From assembly GCA_963847445.1 (NCBI GenBank), contig CAWJZV010000048.1, forward strand, positions 162,295 to 226,294: a stretch of DNA of 64,000 nucleotides, written 5' to 3'. A program made the translations under genes and the position numbers. The stretch's first letter is position 1, and each line of letters starts with the position of its first letter. The DNA is from an uncultured delta proteobacterium (GTDB lineage: Bacteria; Desulfobacterota; Binatia; UBA9968). Below are positions 9,752 to 19,710 of this stretch, piece after piece. The notes beneath the pieces are model-generated. The model had not been told where the DNA came from. It did no database searches and saw only the letters and a program-made list of their open reading frames with translations.

Positions 9752-9834
9752 TTTCACCACGAAGGCACGAAGGACACGAAGGTTTCGGATGATTAATATT
9801 CCGAACTTCGTGATCTTCGTGTCCTTCGTGGTGA
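9752..9834. repeat. Hairpin repeat, CACGAAG family: 3 tandem 8-9 nt units, a TTCGGA..TTCCGAA core, then 3 inverted units
   Basis: TTCACCACGAAGGCACGAAGGACACGAAGGTTTCGGA ... TTCCGAACTTCGTGATCTTCGTGTCCTTCGTGGTGAA. It is intergenic and produces the fake ORF tail FVIFVSFVVNI. Confidence 0.85.
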
Positions 9835-9900
9835 ACATCTAATTTCTTATTTGTTGCCGCTGTGCCGCGCTGCGCTCTTTGCGGTTAAATCTTCGAGTCC

Positions 9901-10779
9901 CTACTTCCACCAACTGATCAAAACGACCCCGCTGATGATGAGCAACGTGCTGACAACGATGCGCAGCGTCACCCGCTCGACGTCGCGTAGGAACAGCGCG
10001 GTGAGGATCAGCGAAAACAACGGCGCGGTGCTGCTCAAGGGAATCACCACCGAGACTTTGCCGAGATCCAAAGCGTGGTAGATCGACGTCATGGCGAAGC
10101 TGACCGTGATTCCGGCGGCGAGAAACCACCAGACGCACTGGCGATTCATTTTCCAGCTCTCTTGAGTCTTTTCGACGTACCACATCACCAGCAGCGAAAC
10201 GATCAACGACGAAGTCGCGGTGACTGCGGCGGCGAGAAACGGATGGGGCACGGCGGCCATGCCGAACTTGCGCACCACCTGAGACGCGCCCGCGAGCGCC
10301 GAGGCAGCGATGGGAAACCAGAGATAGACCGCCGAGCCGGCGAGCTTCATCGCCCCGTGGCGCCACGACAACAGCGTGATGCCGCCGATGATCATCAGGG
10401 TCGCGACAATGATCGGCAAGGTGATCTCCTCGCCGAGAAAGACGATCGCCATGGCCGCGCTGAACAGCGGCGTGCTGGCGCGGATCGGATCGGTGATCGC
10501 CACACCCAACGCATCGATGCCCTTGTAGGTGAGCAATCGTGTCAGGCCGGGCTGAAAGAATCCGACACCGACGAAAATCAGCAACGAAGCCAGCGTTACA
10601 TTGGCCATCGGTACGAACAGCAACGCCATAGTCCAGAGAAAGACGATATTGATCAGCAGAGTGCTGATCACGCCGGTAGCCGGGTTCGAGTAGCGCAACG
10701 CCTTTTTCATAAAGATGTTGTGCACTGCGAACAAGAAAGCGTTGGCAAGGGCGTAGAACTCAGCGGGAATGGAACTCAT
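9901..10779 (-). CDS. EamA/DMT-superfamily transporter
   Basis: 292 aa with about 10 TM segments arranged as two EamA-like halves; intact ORF. Confidence 0.7.
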   Translation of the reverse strand: MSSIPAEFYALANAFLFAVHNIFMKKALRYSNPATGVISTLLINIVFLWTMALLFVPMANVTLASLLIFVGVGFFQPGLTRLLTYKGIDALGVAITDPIRASTPLFSAAMAIVFLGEEITLPIIVATLMIIGGITLLSWRHGAMKLAGSAVYLWFPIAASALAGASQVVRKFGMAAVPHPFLAAAVTATSSLIVSLLVMWYVEKTQESWKMNRQCVWWFLAAGITVSFAMTSIYHALDLGKVSVVIPLSSTAPLFSLILTALFLRDVERVTLRIVVSTLLIISGVVLISWWK

Positions 10780-10956
10780 GTTGCGGAGCGAAATCGACGG
10801 TGAATATTATTTGCAGGACCAATGCCGTAGAGCGAGCTATACAGGCTCGCCAACCTAAGCGCAACAAACCATCGACGGTGCAACGAAAACGATTATGCGA
10901 ACTGATGTCTACCTGCTCTAAGACGATCGACTCGAGAAGTCGACTCGATGTCGCGT

Positions 10957-10980
10957 CTTTCCGGCGCAGGCCGGAATCCA
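10957..10980. repeat. Short REP-like hairpin TTTCCGGCGCAGGCCGGAATCCAG
   Basis: 7-bp stem TTCCGGC/GCCGGAA in an intergenic region. Only one copy is present in this window. Confidence 0.3.
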
Positions 10981-11091
10981 GATTTGTCTATTTCCGGGAA
11001 GCCAAGACGAAGATGCTACTGCGCTGCGAGGCTATCCTGAACCAGGTCGAAGGACCGGGATGACAGATTACCACCTGAGGACAGACCGCAT

Positions 11092-12948
11092 TCAATTCTC
11101 AGCGCTGGCGAGAATGACATCGGCGGCCTTCTCGCCGACCATATAAATCGCGCTGACGATAAAAAAGCCGGGGATGCGCGGAAACACCGAAGCGTCGACG
11201 ACGCGCAGTCCTTGCGTGCCATGGACGCGGAAATCGCTGCTCAGGACGCCGCCCTTGTCTCTGGGGCCGATCGCGCAGCTGCACGAGGCATGATGTCCCC
11301 AGGCATTGTCGCGCACGAATTCTCGCAACTCATCGTCGGATTGATATTGTTCGCCGGGCAACTTCCTCCGCGGCGATCAGCCCTTGTTCGCGCAAATCCT
11401 TGGTCATCGCCCGGACAAATTGAATTCCCTCGACGACGGCGTCTAAATCCTTGCCCTGGCGATCGCTGCCTTCGTCGAAATACCTGAAGTCGATGTTTGG
11501 CGGCTGGCGTGGATCGGCGGATCGCAGCGTGACCGTGCCGGCGCGGTTGATCGTGCGCGCCTTCAGAACGATCCAACTCAAGTAGTTCTGCCGCTCGGCG
11601 ATCAGTTTCGAGTAGCCGGGGAAATAACCGCGGAAGTTGCCCACCAGACCGGCGCAAAGCAGATCAGGAATCTGATCCTGTTTCGACTGCTTGACCACCG
11701 CCAACACGCCGCCGTTGGTGGTATAGACGCCTTTTTTTCGCGTCAGCCACTCATGAAACTGTGAATCGCCTTTGGCGAATTTAGCGCTGGCCAGCATTTG
11801 CCAATCCTCTTTCATGCGATTGACCACGCTAACCTCGTAGCGGTCTTGGAGATTCTTGCCGACTCCGGCCAGATCCACCCTGGCGTGTCGATGCCGCTGC
11901 GGGACAACTCCTCGCGCGGACCGATGCCGGAGAGCATCAGCAGTTGCGGCGTATTGAACGCGCCGCCGGACAGAATGACTTCACGAGTGGCGCGCGCCTG
12001 ACGCAGTTCGCCGGGGCTTTCGCTGCAATTGGCGTGGGCTCGGTACAGCCGCTCGCCTTTGAGATATTCCACCCCGGTGGCCCGTTGTTTGCTGTCGAGC
12101 AAGACTCGAGTAGCCAGCGCATGACACTCGACTTGTAAGCGCTCGGGAAATTTTTCGGCGACGCTGACAATCCGTTCGCGGCTGCCGATCCGCGTATGGT
12201 CACGGGTCGTCAACGGCACGAGACGCAGGCCTGACGCGTTACCCTTCACCTGGCGCCAATCGTTAGGATCGGCGCGGGTTTTAAAGAAACTGCGCAAACG
12301 TTTCAGGCGATGGCCGATCTGCGCCGATGCGTCCTGCGCCAGCTCTTCCAACACTTTGCGCAGGTGGCGGTTGCCCAAAGATTCCATCGGCATGGCCACT
12401 TCGGTGGTGAGCCAACCGTCGAAGCCATGCCGAGCCGGATTGAAGCCGGTCAAACCGGCGATCCAGCGTTTCAGCGGCCGATGCCGGCAGTCTTCAAGAA
12501 GCTCGAAGTAGCGGCGCATGTTGTCCGCGCGCCACGACGAGTCGCCGGTCAATTGCGCAATGTCGTCCCAGTCCTGGTTGTGCGGGTAGACGAAGATCAT
12601 GGCGTTATGCGCCGTACAACCGCCGAGCGTGCCGGCGCGCGGATAGAGCACGCCTCCTTGGGCAGCGCTGTACTTAGTATCTTTAAGTTGGCGTTGCTCG
12701 TCGGCATAATGGCGCACGAAGAAATCCCAGCGCATCGCTGGATTCTCCGAAGCGAAAGCGTGAAAAGCCGGAACTTGGTAGTCTTCTGGCAGCCGCGGAT
12801 CGGCGAGCTCGCCAGGATCGCCGCCGGCTTCGAGCAGCAGCACGGAGCGGCCCGCTTCGGCCAAGCGCGCCGCCACTGTGCCGCCGCCCGCTCCCGAACC
12901 GACGACGATGTATTCGTACGCGCGCGCGCCAGCGGGGGCTTCGGACAT
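11092..12948 (-). CDS. GMC-family FAD oxidoreductase (choline dehydrogenase-like); frame broken near 11345 and near 11850
   Basis: N-terminus YEYIVVGSGAGGGTVAARLAEAGRSVLLLEAGGD. The C-terminal piece has HHASCSCAIGP...VVDASVFPRIPG. Three consecutive ORFs (11812..12948, 11330..11878, 11092..11361) tile one protein. Confidence 0.8.
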
Positions 12949-12974
12949 GGGATCGAAACTGCGCGACAGTGCGG

Positions 12975-15371
12975 TTAAAACGTTTTCAAGAATTCGATCA
13001 GCGCGCGCTTGTCTTCGTCGCTCAACGCCGGCCCTTCTTTAGACAGGGCCGTGCCGAAATAGTGACCCTTGTTGACCACGAAGTCAGGACACTTGCTCAC
13101 CTTCAACAAGTCCGGCACCAAGCCTTTGAAAACTTCAGCAGCCTCTTTTTCGCTCTTGCCTTCGACCGCCTTCAGATCGGCCTTGATCTTGAGCAACAGT
13201 TTGGCGAGATCGAGCTTGCTGCTATCGAGATCGATATTGGACAGCAAATTCACCGGCGTCCCTTTCGGGATGGGACCGATCTCGATGCCCTCTTCACTGA
13301 AAAGCCAGGGGAACCAGCGGTTGAGCCAGCCGCCCCAGCTGAGCATTTTTTCCAATAGCGGCGAGACAAAACCTGGCGCGATCTTGATGTAGCTGGTCTC
13401 CGTGGTGCGATAGATAAAGCCCGGCACTTTGTCGCCGAGAAGCGGATCCTTGTCGCGCTTCTCCGGCCAGAGCATCTTCTCGATGGAGTCGTTGAACGAA
13501 TCCATGCGCCCCTCGACGGACGGACTGGAGTTAAACTTGCCCACTGAGTTGTTCAACAGGAACGGCGCCGTCGACCACAGACCGATCAACGATGGCACGC
13601 GCGTATAGCCGCGCCCGCCCGCGGGCATTTCGTATTCCCAGGGACTGCCGTCGATGGGATTGTGCACGGTCAGCTTGCCCACCGATGGCAAATCCTTATA
13701 ACTCTGGGAGGAAAAGTTGTCCCAAATATTGCCCCCGAGAGCGTTAGTCGCCAGCGGACTGCAAGCGTTGGTCTGCAACAGCGTCACCGGGATGCGCCGC
13801 TCCGTGGAGAGATAGTTGTCCGCGAGAAAATCGTCGGCCAAGACCTTCTCGGTCATCTTTTTCTTGAAGTCGTCGGTCTTGCTCCAGGCCCAGTATTGGT
13901 CCCAGTTCTTGTCGTCCACTCCCGCCGGCGCATCGGGAATCTTGCTCGAATGGCAGCGCGCGCAGTTCTCGGCGAAGACGACTTTGCCGCGCTGGAGCGT
14001 CGCCTTATCCTTGCTCAGAAACTTCTCCCCGCCGGGCGCATCCTTCAACAGATCAGGTTTTGCCGACTTGAGAAAAAACAGCGCGACATCCGGGGTCTGC
14101 TCCTGGGTGGCGTTCCAATAGCTGGAATTCTTATTGGCATCGGCGATTTGGATCGGCGTCACTTTTTGGCCGCCGACCAAGGCGTTGAAATGGAGCAGCC
14201 ATTCCTCACTGAACAATCCGATGTTGATATAGACCCGATTCAAGGCGCCGAGGATGCCGACCGAGTCGGCGCCGTCTTTCAAAACATGCGCGGTCCAAAC
14301 TTTGTCCGGCTCTTTGTAATACTGCGGCAGCACGGCGGTCTGCTTATAGTGTTGGAACTGCTTATTGTTGACACCGCCGCCGGCGAGTTTCTCCTCGCCC
14401 CAACGCTCGGCGATCTTGAGCCGGGCGCCGACGTTGTAGACCGCGTTCATCGTGCGCGGGTTGTTGATGTAATCGGTCGACACGAACGAAGTATCGAGGG
14501 TTCCCGGCAACGAGGTGTGGATCAACTGGTAAACGAAATTCGCCGAATCTTTTTCCCAGAACAGCACGCGGTCGACCCAAAAATATTGCGAGCCGGGATT
14601 GGAGTTGATGTTTTCCCACTTGGGATTCTCCGGATCTTCCGGCGGTTTTACCGGGCTCGGCCCGACATGGCAAAAGCCGCAAGACATGCCGACGCGGTAG
14701 GGGCGCACCAGATTCTTGTCGTTGTAGTATTTCGGGTCGGTGTAAAATCTTTCCGCATCCCATTTCTTGGCCGCCGCTTCATCGAAATCCGGATTGGGAA
14801 ACAAGCGCAGACCGAGGACTCCGGTGGCATAGCCGTAATAAGAACCGACCGGCAGATTCTTGCCGCGCGCGCCGATTTTCACGCCGGGATATTTTTGCTC
14901 ATTTTCAAAAGGGTCGGCGGGACAATCCTTGCTCCGGGTGTCGAGCCATAAGCCAAAGCGGTCGGCATTGGGCCCCTTGGGCTTTTCGAAACAAGGCTCG
15001 TTGACTACACCGAGATACTCCCAGCGTTTGTCACGCGTCAGATGCGGCACCTTGGGATGCGACGAAATTATTTTCAACAGGTCGACGACGCCGAAACTTT
15101 TACTGATCAGATGGTCCCAGAAGCGGTCATTGCCGCCGGTCCAGACGATCCAGTTGTTGCGTCCTTTGACTTCCTCGCTGGTGAGCGCGACAGCGCCATC
15201 CATAGCTTTGAAATAATCTTCATCGGCGGCGGGAAAACTTTTCGCGTCGCGCCCGGCTAAGAGCGCTTCGTCTTTGACGCTTCCAGGCTCTGGCGGTTTC
15301 TTGCCGCACGCCGCGGCAAGCAGCGCGGTCACCAGCAGCACCAACAGGCTCTTCGACAGATAGCGGTTCAT
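12975..15371 (-). CDS. Large lipoprotein with two heme c binding motifs (putative diheme cytochrome partner of the GMC enzyme)
   Basis: Lipobox LLAAAC near the N-terminus. CxxCH motifs CGFCH and CARCH. Intact 798-aa ORF whose stop lies 26 nt before the GMC start. Confidence 0.6.
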   Translation of the reverse strand: MNRYLSKSLLVLLVTALLAAACGKKPPEPGSVKDEALLAGRDAKSFPAADEDYFKAMDGAVALTSEEVKGRNNWIVWTGGNDRFWDHLISKSFGVVDLLKIISSHPKVPHLTRDKRWEYLGVVNEPCFEKPKGPNADRFGLWLDTRSKDCPADPFENEQKYPGVKIGARGKNLPVGSYYGYATGVLGLRLFPNPDFDEAAAKKWDAERFYTDPKYYNDKNLVRPYRVGMSCGFCHVGPSPVKPPEDPENPKWENINSNPGSQYFWVDRVLFWEKDSANFVYQLIHTSLPGTLDTSFVSTDYINNPRTMNAVYNVGARLKIAERWGEEKLAGGGVNNKQFQHYKQTAVLPQYYKEPDKVWTAHVLKDGADSVGILGALNRVYINIGLFSEEWLLHFNALVGGQKVTPIQIADANKNSSYWNATQEQTPDVALFFLKSAKPDLLKDAPGGEKFLSKDKATLQRGKVVFAENCARCHSSKIPDAPAGVDDKNWDQYWAWSKTDDFKKKMTEKVLADDFLADNYLSTERRIPVTLLQTNACSPLATNALGGNIWDNFSSQSYKDLPSVGKLTVHNPIDGSPWEYEMPAGGRGYTRVPSLIGLWSTAPFLLNNSVGKFNSSPSVEGRMDSFNDSIEKMLWPEKRDKDPLLGDKVPGFIYRTTETSYIKIAPGFVSPLLEKMLSWGGWLNRWFPWLFSEEGIEIGPIPKGTPVNLLSNIDLDSSKLDLAKLLLKIKADLKAVEGKSEKEAAEVFKGLVPDLLKVSKCPDFVVNKGHYFGTALSKEGPALSDEDKRALIEFLKTF

Positions 15372-15797
15372 GTAAACTCCCTTTCAGCGAGAAGTCATTA
15401 TCAAAGTAACAGGGTGAGATTTGAAACTTATCCGGCGATTTTCCTGAAAAATACCGCAAGTCATAGGGATATGGCAAGAAAATTTGTAAAAACGCAGCTC
15501 AGCCAACCGAGTTCCCGGCGAATTTACCCAGCAGGATACACCGTGGCGAGTGTCACACAGCTGCAACGGTTGCCTGGAAGTTCATTAGTGGCGTATATTA
15601 CGAAAACTTAGATAGCCGATGAACTCCTCACTTGGTATGGACGGTTACGCGCGAGAAACTGGTAAACATGGCAAATAGCCAACAACAGCGCCGACCGACG
15701 GCGCCGCCGGTGCTCAAATTATTGCACGAGACGCTCTTCGCGCTGCTCAAAATCGAACGGCGCTTCGATCCGTTTTTCCGCCCGGCACTCGACGCAA

Positions 15798-16883
15798 TTG
15801 TTCCAAGAGCCGCTGGCGCGCGGTCTGCAATTTCTCACCAACTTGTTGCGCGACAAGGAAACTCTGGGACTCGCCGAAGAGCGCAAACTGCCCGACGAAG
15901 AGGCGTACTTGGATTCAATTATCAGCGAGATGACCGCCTACATGCGGGAACTTTACCAACCCGGCAGCTACCAACGCGGCGGCAATACTAAAACCCATGG
16001 GGTTGTCCGTGGTGAATTCACCGTGCGCGGCGATCTGCCCGCACCCTATCGCCATGGCGTGTTCGCGCAGGCACGGACATTTCCCGCCTGGGTGCGCTTT
16101 AGCGGCCCAGGGCCAGCCTCGCCAGCCGATATCGATGACGTCGGCGTGCTCAGCATCGGCATCAAACTCATGGGCGTGCCAGGGCAGAAACTCTTGGACG
16201 ACGAAAAGTTCACGCAAGATTTCACCGGCATCACGACGCCGATTTTCACAACCCCCGACGTCAAGGAAAACGCCAAGCTCCAGGCGCGCAGCCGGGTCGG
16301 CTTGCCGCTATTCTATTTTATCAGTCCCTTCGATTCCCACCTGCTCGACGCCCTGATGCAAGGGCTATGGGCGCGCACTCATACGAGCCCGCTCGAAGCC
16401 CGTTATTGGGGTTGTGTCCCCTATTTGCTCGGCGCCGGCACAGCGATGCAATACACGATCGTGCCAAAATCGCCACGGCGCAGCCGCGTGCCGCGCCTGC
16501 CGTTGCGCCCACCGGATGATTACCTGCGCGAAAACATGGCTGCAACCCTGAGCTCAGAAGATGCCGAGTTCGACTTCATGATTCAACTGCAAACCGACGC
16601 GCACCTTATGCCCGTCGAAAACGCCTCGGTTCGCTGGGCGGAAAATCTTTCCGCCCCTAAACCGGTCGCGACGCTGCGCATTGCCAAACAGAAATTCGAC
16701 TCACCGGCGCAGCTCGCCTTCGCCCATCGGCTCTCCTACAATCCCTGGCACAGCCTCGCCGAACATCGTCCGCTCGGCAACCAGAATCGCGGCAGGAAAA
16801 GAATTTATCAGGAACTCTCCCGCCTGCGCCAGGAGATGAACCAGACACCGCACCGCGAGCCGACTGGGGACGAGGTATTCTGA
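15798..16883 (+). CDS. Catalase-related small heme protein (mini-catalase / allene-oxide-synthase-like fold)
   Basis: KTHGVVRGEFTV (distal His region), FPAWVRFSG, and RGRKRIYQELSRLR (proximal Tyr region). The true start may be ATG about 15671 (MANSQQQRR..) joined by a frameshift in the T5 run near 15775. Confidence 0.6.
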   Translation: MFQEPLARGLQFLTNLLRDKETLGLAEERKLPDEEAYLDSIISEMTAYMRELYQPGSYQRGGNTKTHGVVRGEFTVRGDLPAPYRHGVFAQARTFPAWVRFSGPGPASPADIDDVGVLSIGIKLMGVPGQKLLDDEKFTQDFTGITTPIFTTPDVKENAKLQARSRVGLPLFYFISPFDSHLLDALMQGLWARTHTSPLEARYWGCVPYLLGAGTAMQYTIVPKSPRRSRVPRLPLRPPDDYLRENMAATLSSEDAEFDFMIQLQTDAHLMPVENASVRWAENLSAPKPVATLRIAKQKFDSPAQLAFAHRLSYNPWHSLAEHRPLGNQNRGRKRIYQELSRLRQEMNQTPHREPTGDEVF

Positions 16884-16904
16884 GCAGTCTGAATAATTAC
16901 TTCG

Positions 16905-17796
16905 ATGGCAACCGGTATCGAGCAAAGACGCGTCAAGGCTAACGGCATCGACTTCAATGTCGCGGTCTCGGGCTGCGAGCGACTCTCCTGCCATTTTCTG
17001 CTTGCACGGCTTTCCAGAAGGCTCGATCAGTTGGCGACCGGTGATGGAAGCGCTGCCCGAGGCGCGATTCTTTGCGCCCGACCTGCGCGGCTACGGCCCC
17101 ACCGATCATCCGCGCGACGGTTACGATGTCTTCACCTTGACCGACGACATCAAGGCGTTGATCGAAGCGCTCGGCGTCGATAAACCGGTGCTGGTCTGCC
17201 ATGACTGGGGCGGCGCGCTGGGATGGATATTCGCGCACCGCTTTTCGCACCTGATTCGCAAGCTCGTGGTTATCAATTGCACGCATCCAGAGACGCTGGT
17301 CCGCGCCGTGCTCCATTTCGAGGATTTCCAGACGATTCGGATTCCGTGGGTGCCGTTTTTCCAGATCCCATGGCTTCCTGAAGCATTTTTTGCAACAGAG
17401 CTAGGGAGAAAACTTCTGAAACTCTCTTTCACGCTGCGCGAGGGCCGCACCGGGACGATGAACGTAAAGCTTGTCGACGAGCTCGTCGCGCGTTTCCAAA
17501 ATCCCGACGACCTGCGCGGGCCGATCGAATATTACCGCGAAATGGTGCTCACCCAGCTGGTGCCGAGCCGGCGGGCGAAACTCGCGGCAGTCTACCGCAC
17601 ACCGATCACAGTCCCGGTGACGCTGGTGTGGGGCGCCGAGGATGGCGCGCTGTCTGCCCGGGTAGCGATGAACAGCGCCATCGATGCGGGCTGCGAAGTC
17701 GAATGCCGGCCTCTTCCCGGGGTCGGCCACTTCGTGGGCCTGGAGGCGGCCGACAAATTGGCCGGTGAGATCAGGCGCGTGCTGATTGAGAGTTGA
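16905..17796 (+). CDS. Alpha/beta hydrolase, epoxide-hydrolase/haloalkane-dehalogenase-like; frameshift near 16975
   Basis: MATGIEQRRVKANGIDFNVAVSG in one frame, then FCLHGFPEGSISWRPVM...DLRGYG...VCHDWGGALGW...GHF in ORF 16957..17796. Confidence 0.7.
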
Positions 17797-17948
17797 CGTC
17801 TAGTGAACTCAGACTCTGCGAAATTTGTCGATGTCACGAACGCCTGCTGGGGGCGCGCCACATTGCCGGTTGCAGCAAACATTTCCCAGCACTCGCGGTA
17901 TCGTGAGCTTCGCTCCAGCGCCGCAGGCGACACTGCAATCGGCGCGGC

Positions 17949-18070
17949 AAGTAAACAAGCCACTTCGCGTCCGGGGTAGTCGCCCCGCCGGCGACCAAAG
18001 GGAATGCTCGCCCCCTTTGGATGTTCCATTTAATGGTGCCCGCAGCAAGCTGAGGGTATGTTTAGATTTA
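17949..18070 (-). repeat. Structured roughly 120-nt 3' element, copy 1 (three hairpins), immediately downstream of the DyP gene
   Basis: About 75% identical to 19593..19705. Shared core: GCGACCAAAGGGRATGCTCGCCCCCTTTGGAT..CCATTTAATGGTGCCCGCAGCAAGCTG. Confidence 0.8.
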
Positions 18071-18072
18071 TC

Positions 18073-19578
18073 TCAATCGCCCAGTGAGGCGAGGTACCAC
18101 AAGGCGCGAATGCTCGGGAGAAAAAAATAGCCGCCGCCGCGCACCGTGACAAATTGCGGCAGACCATGGATACGCCGTGGCAGACCGGAATCCTGGGGGA
18201 TGGAAAACGCATCCGTGACGGGACAACCGGGAATCGGCTGGCGGTTCCCCATCAATGGATCGCTCTCGCCGGACAGGCCATCGAACTTGGTCGCCATTAC
18301 CCAAGCGTTTTGCACGAACTCGAACTGTCGCGCGATGTTGGCGTTGATGCAGATGAAGTAAAGCCCACGCTCGTGGTCGTCGACCGCGCCGCCACTCAGC
18401 GCCTGCGCGCGTGACAACGCGCTTCCATAACCCCGGCCGCGCCGGACAATTCGATGGAAGCGCGTCGAAGATACCAGATCGTCACGAAAACTTTTGCGAT
18501 GGAAGCCCAAGGTACGCATGAGCCACTGGAACCAGCCCTGGGTGCCGTACGGCAAATCGCCGTTACGGGGATTCACCCGGCGAATATGGGCACCGAACGG
18601 GCAGCGAGTGCCGTCGCTGTCCGATTCATAGGTGAATCCGTCCAGCTTCATGGCATCATTCGCAGCCTGATCGGCGCTGGCAAACTGGCCATTGGATAGC
18701 GACACAAGCGGTTCACCGTTCATGCGCCGACCCACCATGGCTTCGGCAAGTTTAGTTTGATCCACGACATTGCCCTCGGTCTGTCGATCGAGGAAGCGCC
18801 AGAAACCCGCGACATCCTGTGCCAACTGTCGCAAAACAAGATAACTGCCATTGCGCCCCAGATCTCTTTGGTCGGTAAACTCAGCCGCTGGCAACAAGCC
18901 AGCAGTGCTATCGTCGCCGCCGGGGAGCAAGGGCCGGTCGCAATATTTGCCATATTCGTTTGGATAGCCGAGGAGGAACTCCCCCAACGCCGTCAGGTTG
19001 CTGTATTCGGGCTGATCGCCGGGCAGTTTTTTCGTTTGATCCCAGTCCAGCTGCGGCTGGCTAATGCCATCTTTGAAACCAAACGGTTCGGTGTCGCTTA
19101 AGTCCGCGCTTGGCAAGCATTGCAAAACCGTGAAGGCATCATCCCAAGAGCCGTTCTGCACGGCATTCTGCCAGCGCTCGAGAGCGCCCGCTTGGGCGTA
19201 GAGCATGACGAGCAAGTGCGGCATTTTTTCCGCGCCGCCCCAATGCCATTGCGACGGCGCGTTCGCTGCGATATCGCCCAACCGGCGCGAACGGCTTTCT
19301 TCGCCGGCCATGCCGGAAATAAATTCCGGAGAAAACTTCTCAAGGATCGGCCGCGGCAGGCCAATGGCGTCGAGTCCTTCGCCGGTAAAGGCCACTTGCA
19401 GCGCGTGTTGCGGCGGCGGCGCGACCGCCGTGGCATTGGTCACCGGCGCCGTCCGCAGCCAGGATCGAGCCGCGGCGGGATTCTTGATCCGCAATAGGAA
19501 AAAACCAGCCGCCGGCAAGTGGCCGTAACCGTATCGGACGATGCCTTGCACATCGCTATAGTCGATGATCGCGCTCAT
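18073..19578 (-). CDS. DyP-type heme peroxidase
   Basis: N-terminus DVQGIVRYGYGHL, GXXDG motif FGFKDGISQP, proximal His region CPFGAHIRRVNPR. Intact 501-aa ORF. Confidence 0.85.
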   Translation of the reverse strand: MSAIIDYSDVQGIVRYGYGHLPAAGFFLLRIKNPAAARSWLRTAPVTNATAVAPPPQHALQVAFTGEGLDAIGLPRPILEKFSPEFISGMAGEESRSRRLGDIAANAPSQWHWGGAEKMPHLLVMLYAQAGALERWQNAVQNGSWDDAFTVLQCLPSADLSDTEPFGFKDGISQPQLDWDQTKKLPGDQPEYSNLTALGEFLLGYPNEYGKYCDRPLLPGGDDSTAGLLPAAEFTDQRDLGRNGSYLVLRQLAQDVAGFWRFLDRQTEGNVVDQTKLAEAMVGRRMNGEPLVSLSNGQFASADQAANDAMKLDGFTYESDSDGTRCPFGAHIRRVNPRNGDLPYGTQGWFQWLMRTLGFHRKSFRDDLVSSTRFHRIVRRGRGYGSALSRAQALSGGAVDDHERGLYFICINANIARQFEFVQNAWVMATKFDGLSGESDPLMGNRQPIPGCPVTDAFSIPQDSGLPRRIHGLPQFVTVRGGGYFFLPSIRALWYLASLGD

Positions 19579-19592
19579 TTATCCTCGCGTCC

Positions 19593-19705
19593 AAATAAAC
19601 AAGAATTTCGCCTGCGGGGCATTAACCCCGCACGCGACCAAAGGGGATGCTCGCCCCCTTTGGATTCCCCATTTAATGGTGCCCGCAGCAAGCTGCGGGG
19701 AATAT
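19593..19705 (-). repeat. Structured roughly 120-nt 3' element, copy 2, immediately downstream of the 433-aa gene
   Basis: Hairpins TGCGGGG-CATTAA-CCCCGCA, CCAAAGGGG-ATGCTCG-CCCCTTTGG and CCCGCAGC-AA-GCTGCGGG. In minus orientation it ends with TTCTTGTTTATTT. Confidence 0.8.
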
Positions 19706-19710
19706 TAGAT

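Noticed and set aside
9726-9842. C-terminal tail of ORF 8850..9842 (..TKARRTRRFRMINIPNFVIFVSFVVNI) and similar tails of ORFs 34229..35014, 44207..44725 and 45119..46081.
   Set aside because: These segments are translations of the hairpin repeats. The true gene ends are recovered upstream in another frame.
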